Assembly: GCF_964194025.1 (NCBI RefSeq)
Contig: NC_134476.1
Location: 19,034,001-19,098,000 of the forward strand
Reading direction: 5' to 3'
Length of the DNA: 64,000 nt
Source of the DNA: Convolutriloba macropyga
Lineage: Eukaryota
In this document: piece after piece, positions 1 to 13,629 of the stretch
Numbering within the stretch: position 1 is the stretch's first letter
Layout of the letters: each line of letters opens with the position of its first letter
Notes under the pieces: model-generated
Told to the model about the DNA's origin: nothing
The model's input: the letters and a program-made list of their open reading frames with translations, nothing else
The model's database searches: none
Position numbers and translations under genes: made by a program

Positions 1-3000
1 TGAAAACATTGTCAGCATAACAAAAACACATCGAGGCTTTTCAAGCATCACGCGTCATTTTCCGATCCAGTACGTAAACTGTCTGGAAGAACAGATTTTT
101 TTGGAGGATTTGTTGAGGTGATCTGAGACCGAAATCACATTGGGATGGTTCCATAAAAAAAGGCATGACCAGAATGAAAAAAGTAGTTGACCAGAATGAA
201 TGTAGATCAGGTAGACCTGTTTAAAAAATATATGGTACATTTTGTTCAATTGCTGTCTTATACTAAGCGAGAAGACCTACTTAAGCTGTCCAGTCGATTT
301 GAATATTGAAACTACATTATAACTTTAAAATTATATTATACGTTTTAGACATATATAAAAATTTCGTAATTTGTAGCAGGCGTTATATTGTTGTAGTTCC
401 TATTTCGTTAATTTCAAATTTTTCGCTGAAACTTGAGGGAAATGTGATGGTTTTGAATATGACGAAACTTAAAAATTTGTTGTTAAAGTTTCATGAAGCA
501 AAAGAAAAACTTTCCTGGCGAACTCTGATGTTGCGCTAATAAATAAGGCGGGTCAAAATATTAAATTTGATTTTAATTGTAATTTTGTCTTGGCGCTATC
601 AATATCTTATTGACCGATCAATCAGGACCTATCTATCCAGCCACTTTAAGAAAATCATTGATTTTACATGATTTTAAATATTAATGATTTTAAATGAAAA
701 ATAAAATGAAAAGCGAATTTTTAAAGTAGCTGGATAGCACATTTTATCCACTCCTTAAGAAGCTAAATTCTCCTACCCATAGAAATCCGATTTGAACACC
801 CAATGACCTCATACTGATAAACTCAATCGGATAAAAACAACAAAATAAAAAAAAATGTGGTCTGGGAATATGCATCAAACAAAGTCTATTTCACATGCCA
901 ATCAAGTAAAATAATTCTAGCTAATCTAAATTTTCTCTGTATATTTTGCATAAGTACTATAAATACCAGCCAACTTATTTACCAACTCAGTACTATTTTT
1001 TCCTATTGAATTATTTTGACACGTGCTCAAGACCACGACAGGATTGAAAACTGTCCCCAGTCTAAAACCTAATTTATTAAAAACCGTCCGCGACCAATAT
1101 ATTGCAAAAAACGGCTCAGCTTTAGCTGTAACTACAAGCACGGATATCTCGGCTTTGGCTTGATAATAAAAGATGTCCCCATCCATGATTCGATAACTTT
1201 TGGCCAAAAGTTTGCTCGGTAAAAATAGCAATTCCAACAAAATCTGTTGTTCTGCGTTTATTATAGTTAAAACTTTGATTATTTTCCTATATTTACCCCC
1301 AAAATCGTTGCTATTTGGAACATAAGAAATATTTGGCAAAAACTTTACTAAATTGTTGAAATCCTTCAACATTTTTGAACACATAAAAATCAAGATTATT
1401 TCTAGCTGCAACAGCAACCATACTATCAAAGACAAAATTAGGGTCCACGTTTCCAGCTCTCAAGTTAGTAGCATTCCTGTACACTGATATTCAGCTAATT
1501 TAGAAAAAAATATTCTTAACTCGTGTTTTTTTCTATGGTAATCGAACCACCTTCAAATAAAAATTTGAAACCTTAAGGCTGTAAAAAATTTTTAAAAACA
1601 AAAAATAATTCTATAAATTCAGTAGCTGCTTTTTCTTCTCTGTGGAAAGCTCAATAGAAGGGACAAAAAACGTAGGTTGGCTTCTCTTAATGTAACGCCT
1701 GCTTTCCTATCAATTACAAGGAAAGTTTTATACCGCCCAGTTCGTTATTAGCGGTTTACAAGCTGTCGGGATACTAAATTGTGCAGTTCGCTTTTGTAAC
1801 TTTATATCGTAACTTTATTTATATATGCTATTGTCTAAATTACCGTTTCATTAAACGTTGCTTTATTACTCCAAATAACTAATCGTTCAGCTTTGCTGAA
1901 TAATAAATTCAATTGCTGGAACTACTCAGTAAGTTCCAATTAAATAATCAAACAATTTTTCTGAGTTCCGGTTAATAACTCGATAATTCAAGTTGGTGCT
2001 ATTCAAACCAAAATTTCTGTCCCTATAGGTTTCTCACTGTTTATGTTTATAAACGAATCTAAGGGGGTACATTCGGTTTCGGAATAGAACACAATTCACA
2101 GAGGAGATCCCGTCTTTTGCCGTAAGCGGACTTGAATCGTTGGTCAAAACAGAGGTCCTTCGTTAGTCACTGGGGCCAAAGCCATAAAGACGGCGTAGAA
2201 TCTAAGTTTTTGGTTCTGAAAACTCAAGTCTGTGAACTGAAAATCTATCTTTCACCGCCTTTAACTTTCAACGAACTGATTAAAAGTCGTTCGTCTGGTC
2301 AAAGAAGAGGAATTTTTGTCACCCTAATGTTCAGCTGTCAGAGATTCATTAATTTCCTTTCTCTCAAGTTACTCAAAGTTTCCAGACTAAATCGAGGATA
2401 AGCTAAAATACAAGTTTCACGTTAGCAAGACACAGTATTTTACTGCTCAAGTGAGATTGTTAGGCAAACTGGATTTCCTTCTGAAAATAGATTTCTTAGT
2501 TCTTTCAAAGCCAACCTGACTTGAAATAATAAATCTTGTGTTCTGCTCAAGCTAGAGTTCCCGTTTTTCCACAAAACTGAACCCGGTTTTCATTATTACA
2601 ACAAAGCTCAGGCATAATTATCTGATTCTTCACAGCAATCTGCGACACATACACACCTACTTTTATTAAGCTTTGAAGTGTGTGGAATCAGATCTATGCG
2701 GAATTTTACGAGTCTTAGTTCGTTCGCTGCAGTTCTGTATAAGTGGCAGCAGCTGTGATTATTTAGAAAAATCAAACTGACACTTCGTTGTTACCAGGTG
2801 TAAAACGCAATTTTGGTATACAGTAGTATAAGTGACCTCGTTTTGTTAAGACGTTAACCCGGTCAGCCTGTTCGCACGTTTGGGCTCTTTTTACACGTTT
2901 ACAAATGTAAGAAATTTAGAAACAAAATATGTCGACATAAATTTGTTTTAATGAAATAAATGTTTGAGGAATTTATTAACGATCGGCCTTCACACTTAAC

Positions 3001-3192
3001 TTTCAAAACAATATATATCGTCATGCCAGTTATTTATTTTTCAATTAATAATTAAACTTCTTTCATATTCAGATAATCATCCGACTGTAAGTTTTCAACA
3101 AAAAAACCTGTTCTGACAATTTGATTGTCTAATTGTACCAAGTTCTTTTTAATAATTTCAACTGATTCTCAACTGATCTTTTTGTTTGTCAT

Positions 3193-3619
3193 CGTGTCCG
3201 GACTAAACAGTCCCAGACAAAACAGTCCCAGACAAAACAGTCCCAAATAGCAAAATATTCCCAGACAAAACAATCCCAGACAAAATAGTCCTAAGAAAAA
3301 GGGCAAAACAGTCCCCGGCAAAATATTCCCAAATAAAATATTGAAACAATTGTTAGTATAATCTACAAAAAATTAGCAAACATAATCTATGAGCTAAGCT
3401 TCTGAATGCATTGTTTTTAATTAATATGAATTAGGACTAAACCAAACACTTGTTTCAAAATGCATTATTTGGGAAAAACTATGTTGTAATGAGCTTAGTT
3501 TTTGATCAAACAAATACAATCATATGAATAACTTAAGGGGTTTATTTGTTAATTGATGTGCATGTGTTTGACTCTGCCTGTTGGGACTATTTTGTCTGGG
3601 ACTGTTTTGTCTGTTCACC
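3193..3619. mobile_element. Mutator/Foldback-like MITE with 15-bp subrepeated TIRs and 9-bp TSD
   Basis: The left arm has tandem cagtcccagacaaaa units and the right arm has inverted ttttgtctgggact units. The element is flanked by the direct repeat gtttgtcat (3184-3192 and 3620-3628). Confidence 0.8.
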
Positions 3620-4064
3620 GTTTGTCATGTTCATCAAGACGTGCCTTTATGTGATTCCAAATTGGGTTGTTTTAAGTGCACGTTTGTTGCTGACTTCACA
3701 TGGTATTTGTACTAACCTTTCCACTTTTCCTATTTAAACCTAGGTTTCCTTTTTTAAAAAAGACAGAAAAACTAAATTCTAAACTGAGAAGACTGCTCTT
3801 AATTGTCATCCGTGCATGGCACTCTAAAAGATGTGTGCTTTGTCTCTTCGTATAAACGTGCAGTAACAGAACAACTGTCATGCTATGCGCGTTCCAAACT
3901 CTACAACATATACTGTGCATAATTTTTGCCTAAGATTTTTTTGCGTATAAATTCTGTAAACCAATTGAGTTGAGAAAATTCTGTAGGACGGTTTGGATTT
4001 AATTAATTGGCACGTTGATGTTCATTTTGTATGCGCATATTGAGTTTAGTGGTGCAATTTTAGC

Positions 4065-5134
4065 TCATGAGGTTTGTAGCTGACTTTGATAACCTGCAGC
4101 GTTCTGTGCTTGATAGAACATCTCTTTCGTGATGAGGAACAATCCTCCCAACTCATTGTCGTCACCCTTGAACTGCTCAGCCTTTCCGAACTCAAGTGTG
4201 AATGCCAGTCGGTTCAACATGAAGTTGTGCCTGGAAAAATTTAGGCTCATCCCTATAGTTGCTTTGACTTTTATAAAAAATAATAATTATGATAGTTTCA
4301 GTAGCCGCTTGATGGTGTAAATATTTGCAACATTATAGCCAGCTTCAGCCAATTAATTGCAAAATTTTGGGTCCAGCTAAGGTCTTTTGTGAAAAATCTG
4401 AGTCAAGCTAAAATCCAGAATGTCTTAAACTCCAGCTAAAGACTTTAAAGTCCATTGTCTTTTCATAAGTCGAGGTCTAGTCTTTTCATAAGTCGAGGTC
4501 TAGTCCTGGGTAGACCAGTGCAATGATCACTTATGCAATCTTGATTATTCCCAAGGTGGTTGGGTAAGAGAGGATAATAACCTGTATAACCTCAACATGG
4601 TTAAGTCCAGACACTTATAGCACCGCTTTCAATACGCGATGAAAAACAAAGAACACGTTAGTGAGCTTAAACGTGTTCGATTCAAATTCGATTAATGTTG
4701 AATACAAAGACATCATCCTCCGCCCTCCAAAAAACTTGACGTCACAGATTCTTTCTATCTTTGCAGCTGAAAACACACATCGGATTCACATATGCGTACC
4801 TGCACGGAACATAGCATAATAAAACTTTATTGAGATGGAACCCAATTAACAGAATAAACTTGCCAAGAATTGGTTTAATACCTATAGACATGGCACATAC
4901 GGTTTCCTAAGAACAGACACTTATAGCACCGCTTTCCTAAGTCAGTCGAAAACAATTGGATATTAAACCAAACAATTTTCAAGTATGTAACTGAACAATC
5001 ATTGATACATACTCTGCAAATATCTGACTAGCGTCTATCCTCTGAATGACAGCAGAAGCCACTTGACAGCCATGCGCATCTGGTTGAATTGTGAAATCCC
5101 TCACCCCTCTTGAAACTCCAAAAATTGTCACAAG
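4065..5134 (-). CDS. Last two exons of an uncharacterised small protein (weak FERM F1/ubiquitin-like similarity); 5' end uncertain
   Basis: Exon 5013-5134 (tttcag acceptor, GTATGT donor, phase 2) splices in frame to terminal exon 4065-4230 (ttccag acceptor, TGA stop). The product is LVTIFGVSRGVRDFTIQPDAHGCQVASAVIQRIDASQIFAEHNFMLNRLAFTLEFG...QLQTS*. Both exons look more GC-rich than their flanks. Confidence 0.6.
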
Positions 5135-7706
5135 CTGAAATAGAAACTCAAAAGACTCCAATAGTTTGGCGTAGATTGTTGCCGGAAGTCAAAAAAAATA
5201 ATTTGAATAAAATTTATGGGTGAAATTGATAAAAGTTTTAGAATTTCGGTTTTTGAAAGTCACAAATTAAATCTTAGCACCCCTCGTGTGACTTGTAACC
5301 CTCTCTGAATCTCACTCCTATTTTAAATTCAAATATATGAAAGAGTTTTAAAAAAGTATATTGACAAAAAATGGATTCCTTGAACGACACATTGAGTAGT
5401 TTTCTGAATTAGGTCTGGGTCTTTTAACTGCATCATGGGCCCCAATTAAAAAAGCTATTAAACAGAACTTCCCGGAGTTGCTATTTTTTCGATGAGTTAC
5501 TGGGGTTTGAAAAATTTGGAGGATTTTTATTGATTTGTTCCCTTTCCTTCAAATATTCGAAATTGTTGCAAAATTGTTATAATTGCTAACAATAGAACAA
5601 TAGTCTTACTGATTTTACTGTCAAAAATAGAAGGTGTTTGCTGAATTGCCCGCCAAGTCAAATAAAATTTTTGGGCTAAAGTTTTGAAAACCTAACATTT
5701 TTCAAGAAGAATTTTTCCAAATCAGCATTTTGCCAAATTCTAGAAAAAGTTTTAAAAAGACGTTAAATTTGCTGTGACAATCTTTTCAAACCTAAATGAT
5801 GACTACTTTGCTTCCGTTTCCTAACAGTGTTGAGGAATAAAAATTTTACAGTTGCAGTGTTATTCTAGAGAAACATCTTTTTGTTAATGTTTTGTCGATG
5901 GGTCCCTTTTGTAATTAGATGCAAAAGATTTGTGCTTCTTAACATTAAAAAACAACTTGACTACTGGTTTTTGTACAGTTTTTGGCTAATGACTTTACGT
6001 TATAAAATGGGAAATGTCATTTTCGAAATTGTTTTTCCTTTTCGGGTGTTTTCTTCTTTGTTTGCTGTGTCAAGTTCTCCTTTGACAAACAAAAGCTAGT
6101 TTTGCGAATGTTTTGATATTCAGGCTTTTAACTTAGTTTTTGAATTGTAATTTATGATTTGATGTGCTATATTCTTTTTCGTCGTCAAGGCTTGTTACGG
6201 CGCTTGACGTCAAGCAATTCCAATGAGCTTTTGTGCATCCTCACATGACAACTGAGTTGCGTATTTGACATTATTTATCACAGCGAGATCTTTGCTCGTT
6301 TTTATGACGATCCTCTAGGTCACACATGGAGCCTACTTTTAAAAAAATTCATTGTTAAAATAACTTCAATTGCATTTATCTGCTGACAATCTAATCGAGG
6401 GCAACTTCTGAACAGACAGTTAGATTTAATTTAAATTCAGTCATCCAATAATTTTATTTTGTCTTATTTTTTCAGTGATTCTATCAGACTGCAGTTCTTC
6501 GAAGAAATCGTAACTTTTTTCGGATAATCTGCAGCTATGTTTTGATTCAAAAATAAAACAGTATTGGAATTAAGTTGATTTTTTCTATGCTTACGATTTT
6601 TTATCAATTTCTGTAACAGGTTTATCAAATGTTCAAAAATTTTAAATTTTAATCAGTTTACAATGTTCAAGCAATTTCAGGCAATTTAAACTTCAGGCAA
6701 CTATAAATTTAAAATTTGCACAAAGAAGAGAAATACGTTCAAAATTCTCCCTCTAATTGTTGAAATGTTCTCAAAGTCATCTGGTTCATTTTTTGTGATT
6801 GAACCCTCATTGAATAAAGAAGCAAATCATAACGTGGGGGTGCATAACGTACTGGGGGAGCATAAACAGAAAAGATCCAAGATGCGAATTAAAAAAGTTA
6901 GTCAACAAACAAATCAAGAAGATAAGTGTGATATTAGTCGATAAGTCAAAACGGTCTAGCATGAATTTTGAGTAAACTCAAAATTTTGCTAAAACAGCAA
7001 AAGTTTTTGTGTAAATAAATAAATTCTAATTTTGTTCAGGACCAATTAATCGTTTGGCAACTTATCCAAAACCTCTGCCTAATTTCCTCGAAAAATAATT
7101 TTTCTTAATGAGTTCCACATTCCCAGTTCTAAGAAAAATCCCTTGTTCAAATACCGATTTCTTTCTCCGGGTATATCCCGGGGCAGATTAGGCTGAAAAG
7201 AGAAACTCTACCATGGCGCTTCTCCGCACATCACACGAGTGCGGAAGAATAAGGCGTTTAAAGTTTTGGTATCGGGATCACACCTATTATAACAGGGAGG
7301 CTCGGTAATGTGCGAGCGCACATAAGGTTCCGGCCCCGCTCATCCACAATTTTGGCATAATTGTCTACCAAAGGAGGAACAGATTGAAAAACACAAAAAT
7401 TCAAGTATTTTTCAAAAAAAATAGTGTTTGAACGAAAAGGTATCCTCCAAAGCAAATAAGTCAGCGGAGTAAAGAATGATGCACTAGATTGATGAGATAG
7501 GCCAATATTAACAAAGCGAGTTAAGCTGAACACCAAAATCAAATAACAACAACAAACATTAACTACATCAAAATTTTAAGGTCCGTTTAAAAAAAACTTA
7601 ATAACAAAGTCAACATAGCGTCAGTTAAAAAGGAAGCTCAACAAAATTAACTTGTATTTCATCAGAAAAGATGAGCAACACGTCCATAATAGGCCTTATC
7701 AACAAT

Positions 7707-7856
7707 TAGCGAATAAAAAGACACAAAAAAAAACAAAATAAACAAAAACTGAATTAAATTAAAACTTACCAGAAAAAAAGAACCAATAGCGAATAAAAAG
7801 AACCAAAAAAAACAAAATAAACAAAAACTGAATTAAATTAAAACTTACCAGAAAAC
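7707..7856 (+). repeat. ~80-bp local tandem duplication
   Basis: tagcgaataaaaag...ctgaattaaattaaaacttaccagaaaa occurs twice in tandem. Confidence 0.85.
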
Positions 7857-9965
7857 GCTGTCGACAAGCCATAATTTGGCACTCAAAATTTTTTCAATTG
7901 CGTCTTCTCTGATAACCGATAATGTGGTATTTTACCTCTCCTTAATGAAACTAGGTAACAAGAAGAAAAAAGAAAAAAGGCAAAATTCATTAAGACCTTT
8001 TTTGGAACAAAATTAATTCCAAAGTCATGACAGTCAATAATTACAAAATAAAACAATTGAATAAGTTTGTTCATTCGTTCAAAGGAAACTTTTTAGGCTT
8101 GTTATTAACCAGAACATTAAATCGTCAAATATGACAGCAATCAAAAATTATATTACTTTTCTGTGAAAAACCCGTGTCGAGGCCAGTAAAGTCATAACGA
8201 AGTCTTTAAAAACATTAGATTTTGGGACACCAATGCATTCTGACACTTTCCTCTGACACCAAAAGTAACCTTTTTGACCTGTAGTTAACGATACTAGGCA
8301 ACAAATAGGCAATAAAGAGGACAAAACTTCGAACTTAAATAGTGTTTTTTTGTTTTCAAAAAGCAATATGTTCAAAGTCATAAAATACAGCAGCTATTTA
8401 CTAATATCAAAATATAGGCTCACTTTTTCTTCACGAAAAGCCAATGAAGCCTGTCATTATGCAGGAAATTTCAGAGTAAAGCGACCAAAATAAACAAAAA
8501 ACAGTTAAAGACAACATTAAAAAATTCAGTTAAATACTTCAAGAAAGTAGTGTCGAAACCGTTAAAACCATATTCTATATCTTTAAAGAAATTAATATGT
8601 TCAATTGTGCCTTATTTTAAACGCCAATAATGTGATATGCGAACTGTCAATAATTTGATACCGTGACAAAACCAGAGAACGTGAAAAATGGGCAAATACA
8701 TAAATAAAAAAAAAAGTTAAATTAGTAGTATCAAAGTCAGAAAACCATAACTTAAGGCGTAAAACAGCAAAGGATTATAGATTTCAAATCAGCAGAAGGA
8801 AGAAGCATTCTTTCTTTGCTGACAGTAAGCTACAAAAAGACCCAATTAAGAAAAAATACAAAGGCAAAGTTCAATAAGCCATTGTTTATTTAAAAATCTA
8901 ATATTTATGGTGCAAACGACCGACCATAAGCTTACACTTTTTATGAATTGAAACTAAAGGCATTATTTTGGAGCAGTTTAGGAAGCCAGTTGAATCTAAT
9001 ACTACTTAGCTTTGATTTGAAATGTTCTGATCTTAAATTAATATAGAAAAGGTTGATTTTTATAAAATCTGAGTACAATCCGAATTCTTTTCGGATTGTA
9101 AAAGTCAAAGATTGGTTCAAAACTAACCCTGCTAATGCTATTCGACCATTAGGAACGCATAAGTTTTCGATTGCTATAGGTATAGATAATTTGGCAGTTA
9201 ATAAATCAAAAATAAAAGCTGCTTTTTTGTTAATCAACGAGTAAAGTTAGCAAAAAACGGTGAAGTTTTAATTACAGAGCACTCTAAACGGAAGTTGCTG
9301 TAATATCCCTTCTTCTGAGTCTACAGAGATTGTGTTAGTGGTGTTGGGTTGCGTACTTCCGGCAAATTTTATCAAAGTGGACTAAAGAAGCTTATTTCGT
9401 GCTGTTTTGAATGAAAAAGGCTAAATTTTGAAATATTTAGCCAGAATTTTTGACTGAAGTTTAAATAATAGTCCGCAAAATGTTTTTGTCTTTAAAATTA
9501 CAACACCAACACTATTCTTTAGAAGTTTAGCAAAACTGACGAAAATTTAGCCAAAAATTCCGGAAAATGTTAATAAAAACAACGGAATTCACTCTACTTT
9601 TCTCAGAAGTTTAAACCTGTAAAAAACGAAAATAAAAAAAATATTTTTAATTCCAAATTCTACGCCGGACAAGCGTTCTAATGATATCAGTCTCAACTCT
9701 CTACGATGAATATATCGATCGGCCAAAATTGTCTGAACAAAAAAACCCATTTGCGTATATAGTTCCTCCCCCCTCATGAAGGGTCGGAACAAAAATGTTA
9801 ATTACTTCGTTTCTTTCGGCAGTTACTTTGTAAACGACTGGATTCGACGTTTACTTTTGCCGAGAACTCTGGCACATTGTAGTCATCACAACTCGACCGG
9901 TTTAATGGTATCTTCTCTTTTATAACACTATAGAACGTTAAACTATACTGCTGAGAACAAGAAAT

Positions 9966-9968
<3 letters not shown>

Positions 9969-10012
<44 letters not shown>

Positions 10013-10015
10013 GGG
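9969..10015 (+). repeat. (TG)n microsatellite fused to a poly-G tract
   Basis: About 13 TG units are followed directly by about 21 G. Confidence 0.95.
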
Positions 10016-10548
10016 TCGGTCGGCAGAAGTGAATTCTCTAGTAAATATAGCTGATAGATCGCAAAGCTTTCGCGTCGTCCTTGACGAAAAATTTTCATCC
10101 AAGGAATATTGAACCGCTGTTATTTGGTGCGCACCGTGAACCGCAATAGCCTGCAGTCGAATTTCCTGTAACAGCTTACAGTTTAATTAATAAACATCTG
10201 AGTACTTACCAGTCCTGTAGCTGTCAAAAACTGTATATTAAAAAACATCCTTCTTCTAAGCAAGTATACTTAAATCAAGTACATATGCACTCCTAATTAA
10301 CCACGTGCCAAATGAATTCAGTACTATTAGTTTAATCATTCAGGTACAAGAGTAACTGCACCTTAGGAATTAGAACGGGGTTGGTTGAAACAGGCTGATT
10401 AAAAGACAATTTTGCCTGTCGCTAGAATTCTCAAGGTACATATATTCCGCATATTCGGTGCCTTGACGGTCCTCTCTGATGTAATCTAATTGAAAAGTTT
10501 ATTTTATACATTGTAATTACTTACAAAACCATAACATTAGTAAACTAA

Positions 10549-13500
10549 TTAGAAAAAAGAGAATGCAGTTTTGTGTTTTATCAACTGAGTTCTGTGTTTA
10601 AATTGAGGATATATGACAGGTAGTGTTGCACACAGGATAACAGCAGTGAGTCCATAGATGTAACAGTCGGGGTGGTGGAATGCTGGTCCGTAGTACATCT
10701 CGAACATTGGGTTGGGTCTCCACGCTTTGAAAACTGTGTAACGGTGGTTCGATACATCACATAGGTGGCCGAGGGTCACTAAAAATAAGGAAGAGGGTTT
10801 AAATCAACAGTGTATTAGTTATTTCTTCGGCCCTGAAAGTGTTTATTACATTTTAATAAGCCTTACTTACCAGTGTTATCAGCAACTAAAGATTGAGGGA
10901 AACTACAAGGTACGAGGAGGAAGGGTGTTTTAAGCCGGTGCGTGCACGCCCAAATTAATCATGCTATCAGCCATTTTGCAGATAAGGTCTGAGATTAAAT
11001 CACGTCTACTATCAAGGTCAAGAATCTGACACCAGTGAAAAACGAGACAAATAAAAATTTGCTTTGAGCTCATCTGGTATCTCTCATTCAAAGCAAGAAC
11101 TAAACGCTCACACGAAAATTACTTCAGCTACAATTATTTTTCTCTCGAACAATATGCTAAGTAAGTTTTTAATTTCGAAGTGATAAAATTTAAGTGATTC
11201 AATTTCGGCTATCCAACTGTACTAACCTATGTGTATCTTGTCAACCTCTTGCGGAGATGGATTCATCTTCAGCTTTTCAAACTCGCCTAAGTGGGCAATG
11301 ACAGGGGTGGCCAGCATCCTCCCTCTAAAATAAGGCATTACTTATTGAAAATATTACAAAACTGCATAACTCATGCAGAGACAAACCCCAAATAACGTCG
11401 CCAAAAAATATTATCTGTACTCCCGAAAAGCAGAATGTTCAATATCAAATAAATTCAACTACGGTTCTCAATAGGACATGCACTTCTACCTGCCCGGACA
11501 ATTCTCCAACTTGTCCGGGCCCTCCACCTCTCCAAGTGTTTAAAATTGCTTCTTCACTAGAAAAGCTTCAGCAGCAGTCCTCAAGCTTAGCCAGCTATTT
11601 TACTTTGCAATAAAACGCCAACAAAAATCAGTAAATGGATTTTATGCTGGATTTTATGCCATCATTTTCCGTTCAATGATCTGAAATTGCGGCAGTTTTG
11701 TACAATCATTGTAAAAATTAAGCATCAAAAATTTTCAATACAATGTTTACAGCGGTTGTCAATAGTCTACCTTGCAGGGAGCTCTTTGGGAAGTGCAAAC
11801 TCGCCCCATACATCTATTAAGGACTCTTTAACTCCCAGTTCCTCACAGGTCTCCCTTACAGCTGTCTTTGTGACGTCACCTCCATCCTTTATGTCCATCA
11901 GACCCCCAGGAAAACTGAAATTTTGTCACAATAAAACACTATTTTTATTGAAGGCCTTTCTGAAAGCAGAGCAGTTGACAGCATAGGCTCTCAGATTGTT
12001 TGTGAAACTGCTCACGAAAGATTCCTTGAAAAGGAACTAATAAAAGGGAACCTGAAAAAAAGGAAACATAATTCGCCGAAACAGTTAGCTCAGTTGGAAA
12101 CCATTCAGGAAAAACGTCACAATATCATCTCTGAAAAAAAAAGAAGTAATGCCATATTTGTTTTTCAATTTTGTAGAAAAATGAATTGCGTTAGAGAAAA
12201 TGCGGCGCCAAGCATCTAAAACATAGCTGGCAGATTGCCAGAAAATAGCCGCAATAGATTCGTAGATCGGCCGTCTAAACAAACAGTAAAAAAGACAGAC
12301 CAAAAAAAATTCGTCTTTTGATTGAAGGCTGATCTGTTAAAATTTGATTAAAATCTGCATAAGTTATTGCTGCCTCTATTAGCTGATCTCAAATAACCTT
12401 CATTTAGAGTGACACGCACCCATTTGACCTTATCTCTTTGAATTAAAGTAAATAAAAGTCAATTTCAAAGTGAGGAAGTCATTTTTGAGAGTGAGGTGAG
12501 TCAAGTGTAACCAAAAATTTAATCACGCGCATGAACAAAAAAACTCGCTCCACTAAGAGCGAAAAATGACGTCACACATGCAATTCAGTTGAAATTGCAT
12601 GAACGAATGAACAAAAAGTGGCTGTGACGTCATATGGTCCTAACAAAAATCATGACGACGAAATAAAAAACAGCAGGACAAGTCCTGACGCACAATTCAA
12701 AGAATTTTCATTGACTTAACAGAAAACTAAACCTAGAACGGACTATTAATGGATTGGGAAAACCATTTAGAAAAAAATCCGATCCAAAAAATCGAAAAAA
12801 CAGTAAAAATCAAAGTAAAATTGCCGCATGTGAACAAAAAAACCACTAGCGAGAAAGCGAATTTTTGTTCAAACACCGTTTTCTCACTCTACTTTAAAAT
12901 TAGAGCGAAAAAATTTCACGCCACAAAACTACTCGCTTTTTCGCTCCATTTCCTGTTTCGGCGTGACCAAAATCACTACTCCAATTTGACTTCAAAAATC
13001 ATGAAAATGTGTGAACAGATCTTAAAAAAAAAGACAGCGCCCCAATACAATTCAAATTCTTTGAATTGTAAAAAAAACCAAGAGAAGGCCAATAATAGCC
13101 CCAGCTATCGCTGTGCGGCTATTAATAAATAATCAATTTTAAATTAGTTTCTCGAAATGAAAGTTGCAGAAATTTGCTAACATACGAAAAACTTAGTGAA
13201 TGATATTCATTTTAATGAATGATAATATAAAGACTTTACTCACAAAAGTTAATTCAGAAACGGCTATGCATTACTGACAAAAAATTATTTTCAGATTTCT
13301 GTTATTATGATTAGGCTAAAATAGAGGTTATTTTTTCAAAAAAAAAATACATAATAAGAGCTTCGCTCAACAATCGCATTTGTTGGTACTGGAATGTAAT
13401 CTCAACGATGATATATATCATACCTAATTTCGCCTCTATGTGACTTCAAATTCGTGGCTCTTCGCGTGAACAACATAGCTGGCTCTCCCCCAATAGAGCA

Positions 13501-13629
13501 CAATGGCACCAGGACAGCACTCACTGTCTCTTTCTTGGAGACTGAGCTTCTTGATCTCTGTCGCAGTTTCTCATTTCTTCCTGTCAGTTCTGAGATTACT
13601 CTCTGTTTGTTCTCTTCTGACGTTTACAT
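10549..13629 (-). CDS. NUDT8: NUDT8-like Nudix CoA diphosphatase (4 exons; TAA at codon 2, so possibly a null allele or a sequence error)
   Basis: Exons 13424-13629, 11771-11914, 11227-11324 and 10549-10778 join in phase through GT-AG introns. They encode SAVLVPLC...MLFTRRATNLKSHRGEISFPGG (CoA-Nudix motif), the Nudix box GGLMDIKDGGDVTKTAVRETCEELG, PVIAHLG..PSPQEVD and IYGLTAVI. The ATG at 13629 is followed directly by TAA. Confidence 0.88.

Noticed and set aside
1-260. Possible exon at the window edge (acceptor-like site near 215 on the minus strand)
   Set aside because: Several short frames are open on both strands, none is recognisable, and the context is truncated.
926-1435. 169-aa minus-strand ORF
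   Set aside because: Non-ATG start, AT-rich composition, no recognisable motif or convincing splice partners.
9280-10250. Candidate upstream exons (9277-9380, 10020-10165, 10210-10248) for the small minus-strand gene
   Set aside because: Splice-like signals exist, but the phases and donors could not be chained consistently and the peptides are unrecognisable.
13624-13626. Stop-codon reassignment to explain the TAA in NUDT8
   Set aside because: TAA terminates both NUDT8 and EXOSC3 at the expected ends, and the 2-2.7 kb DIDO1 exons contain no in-frame stops.
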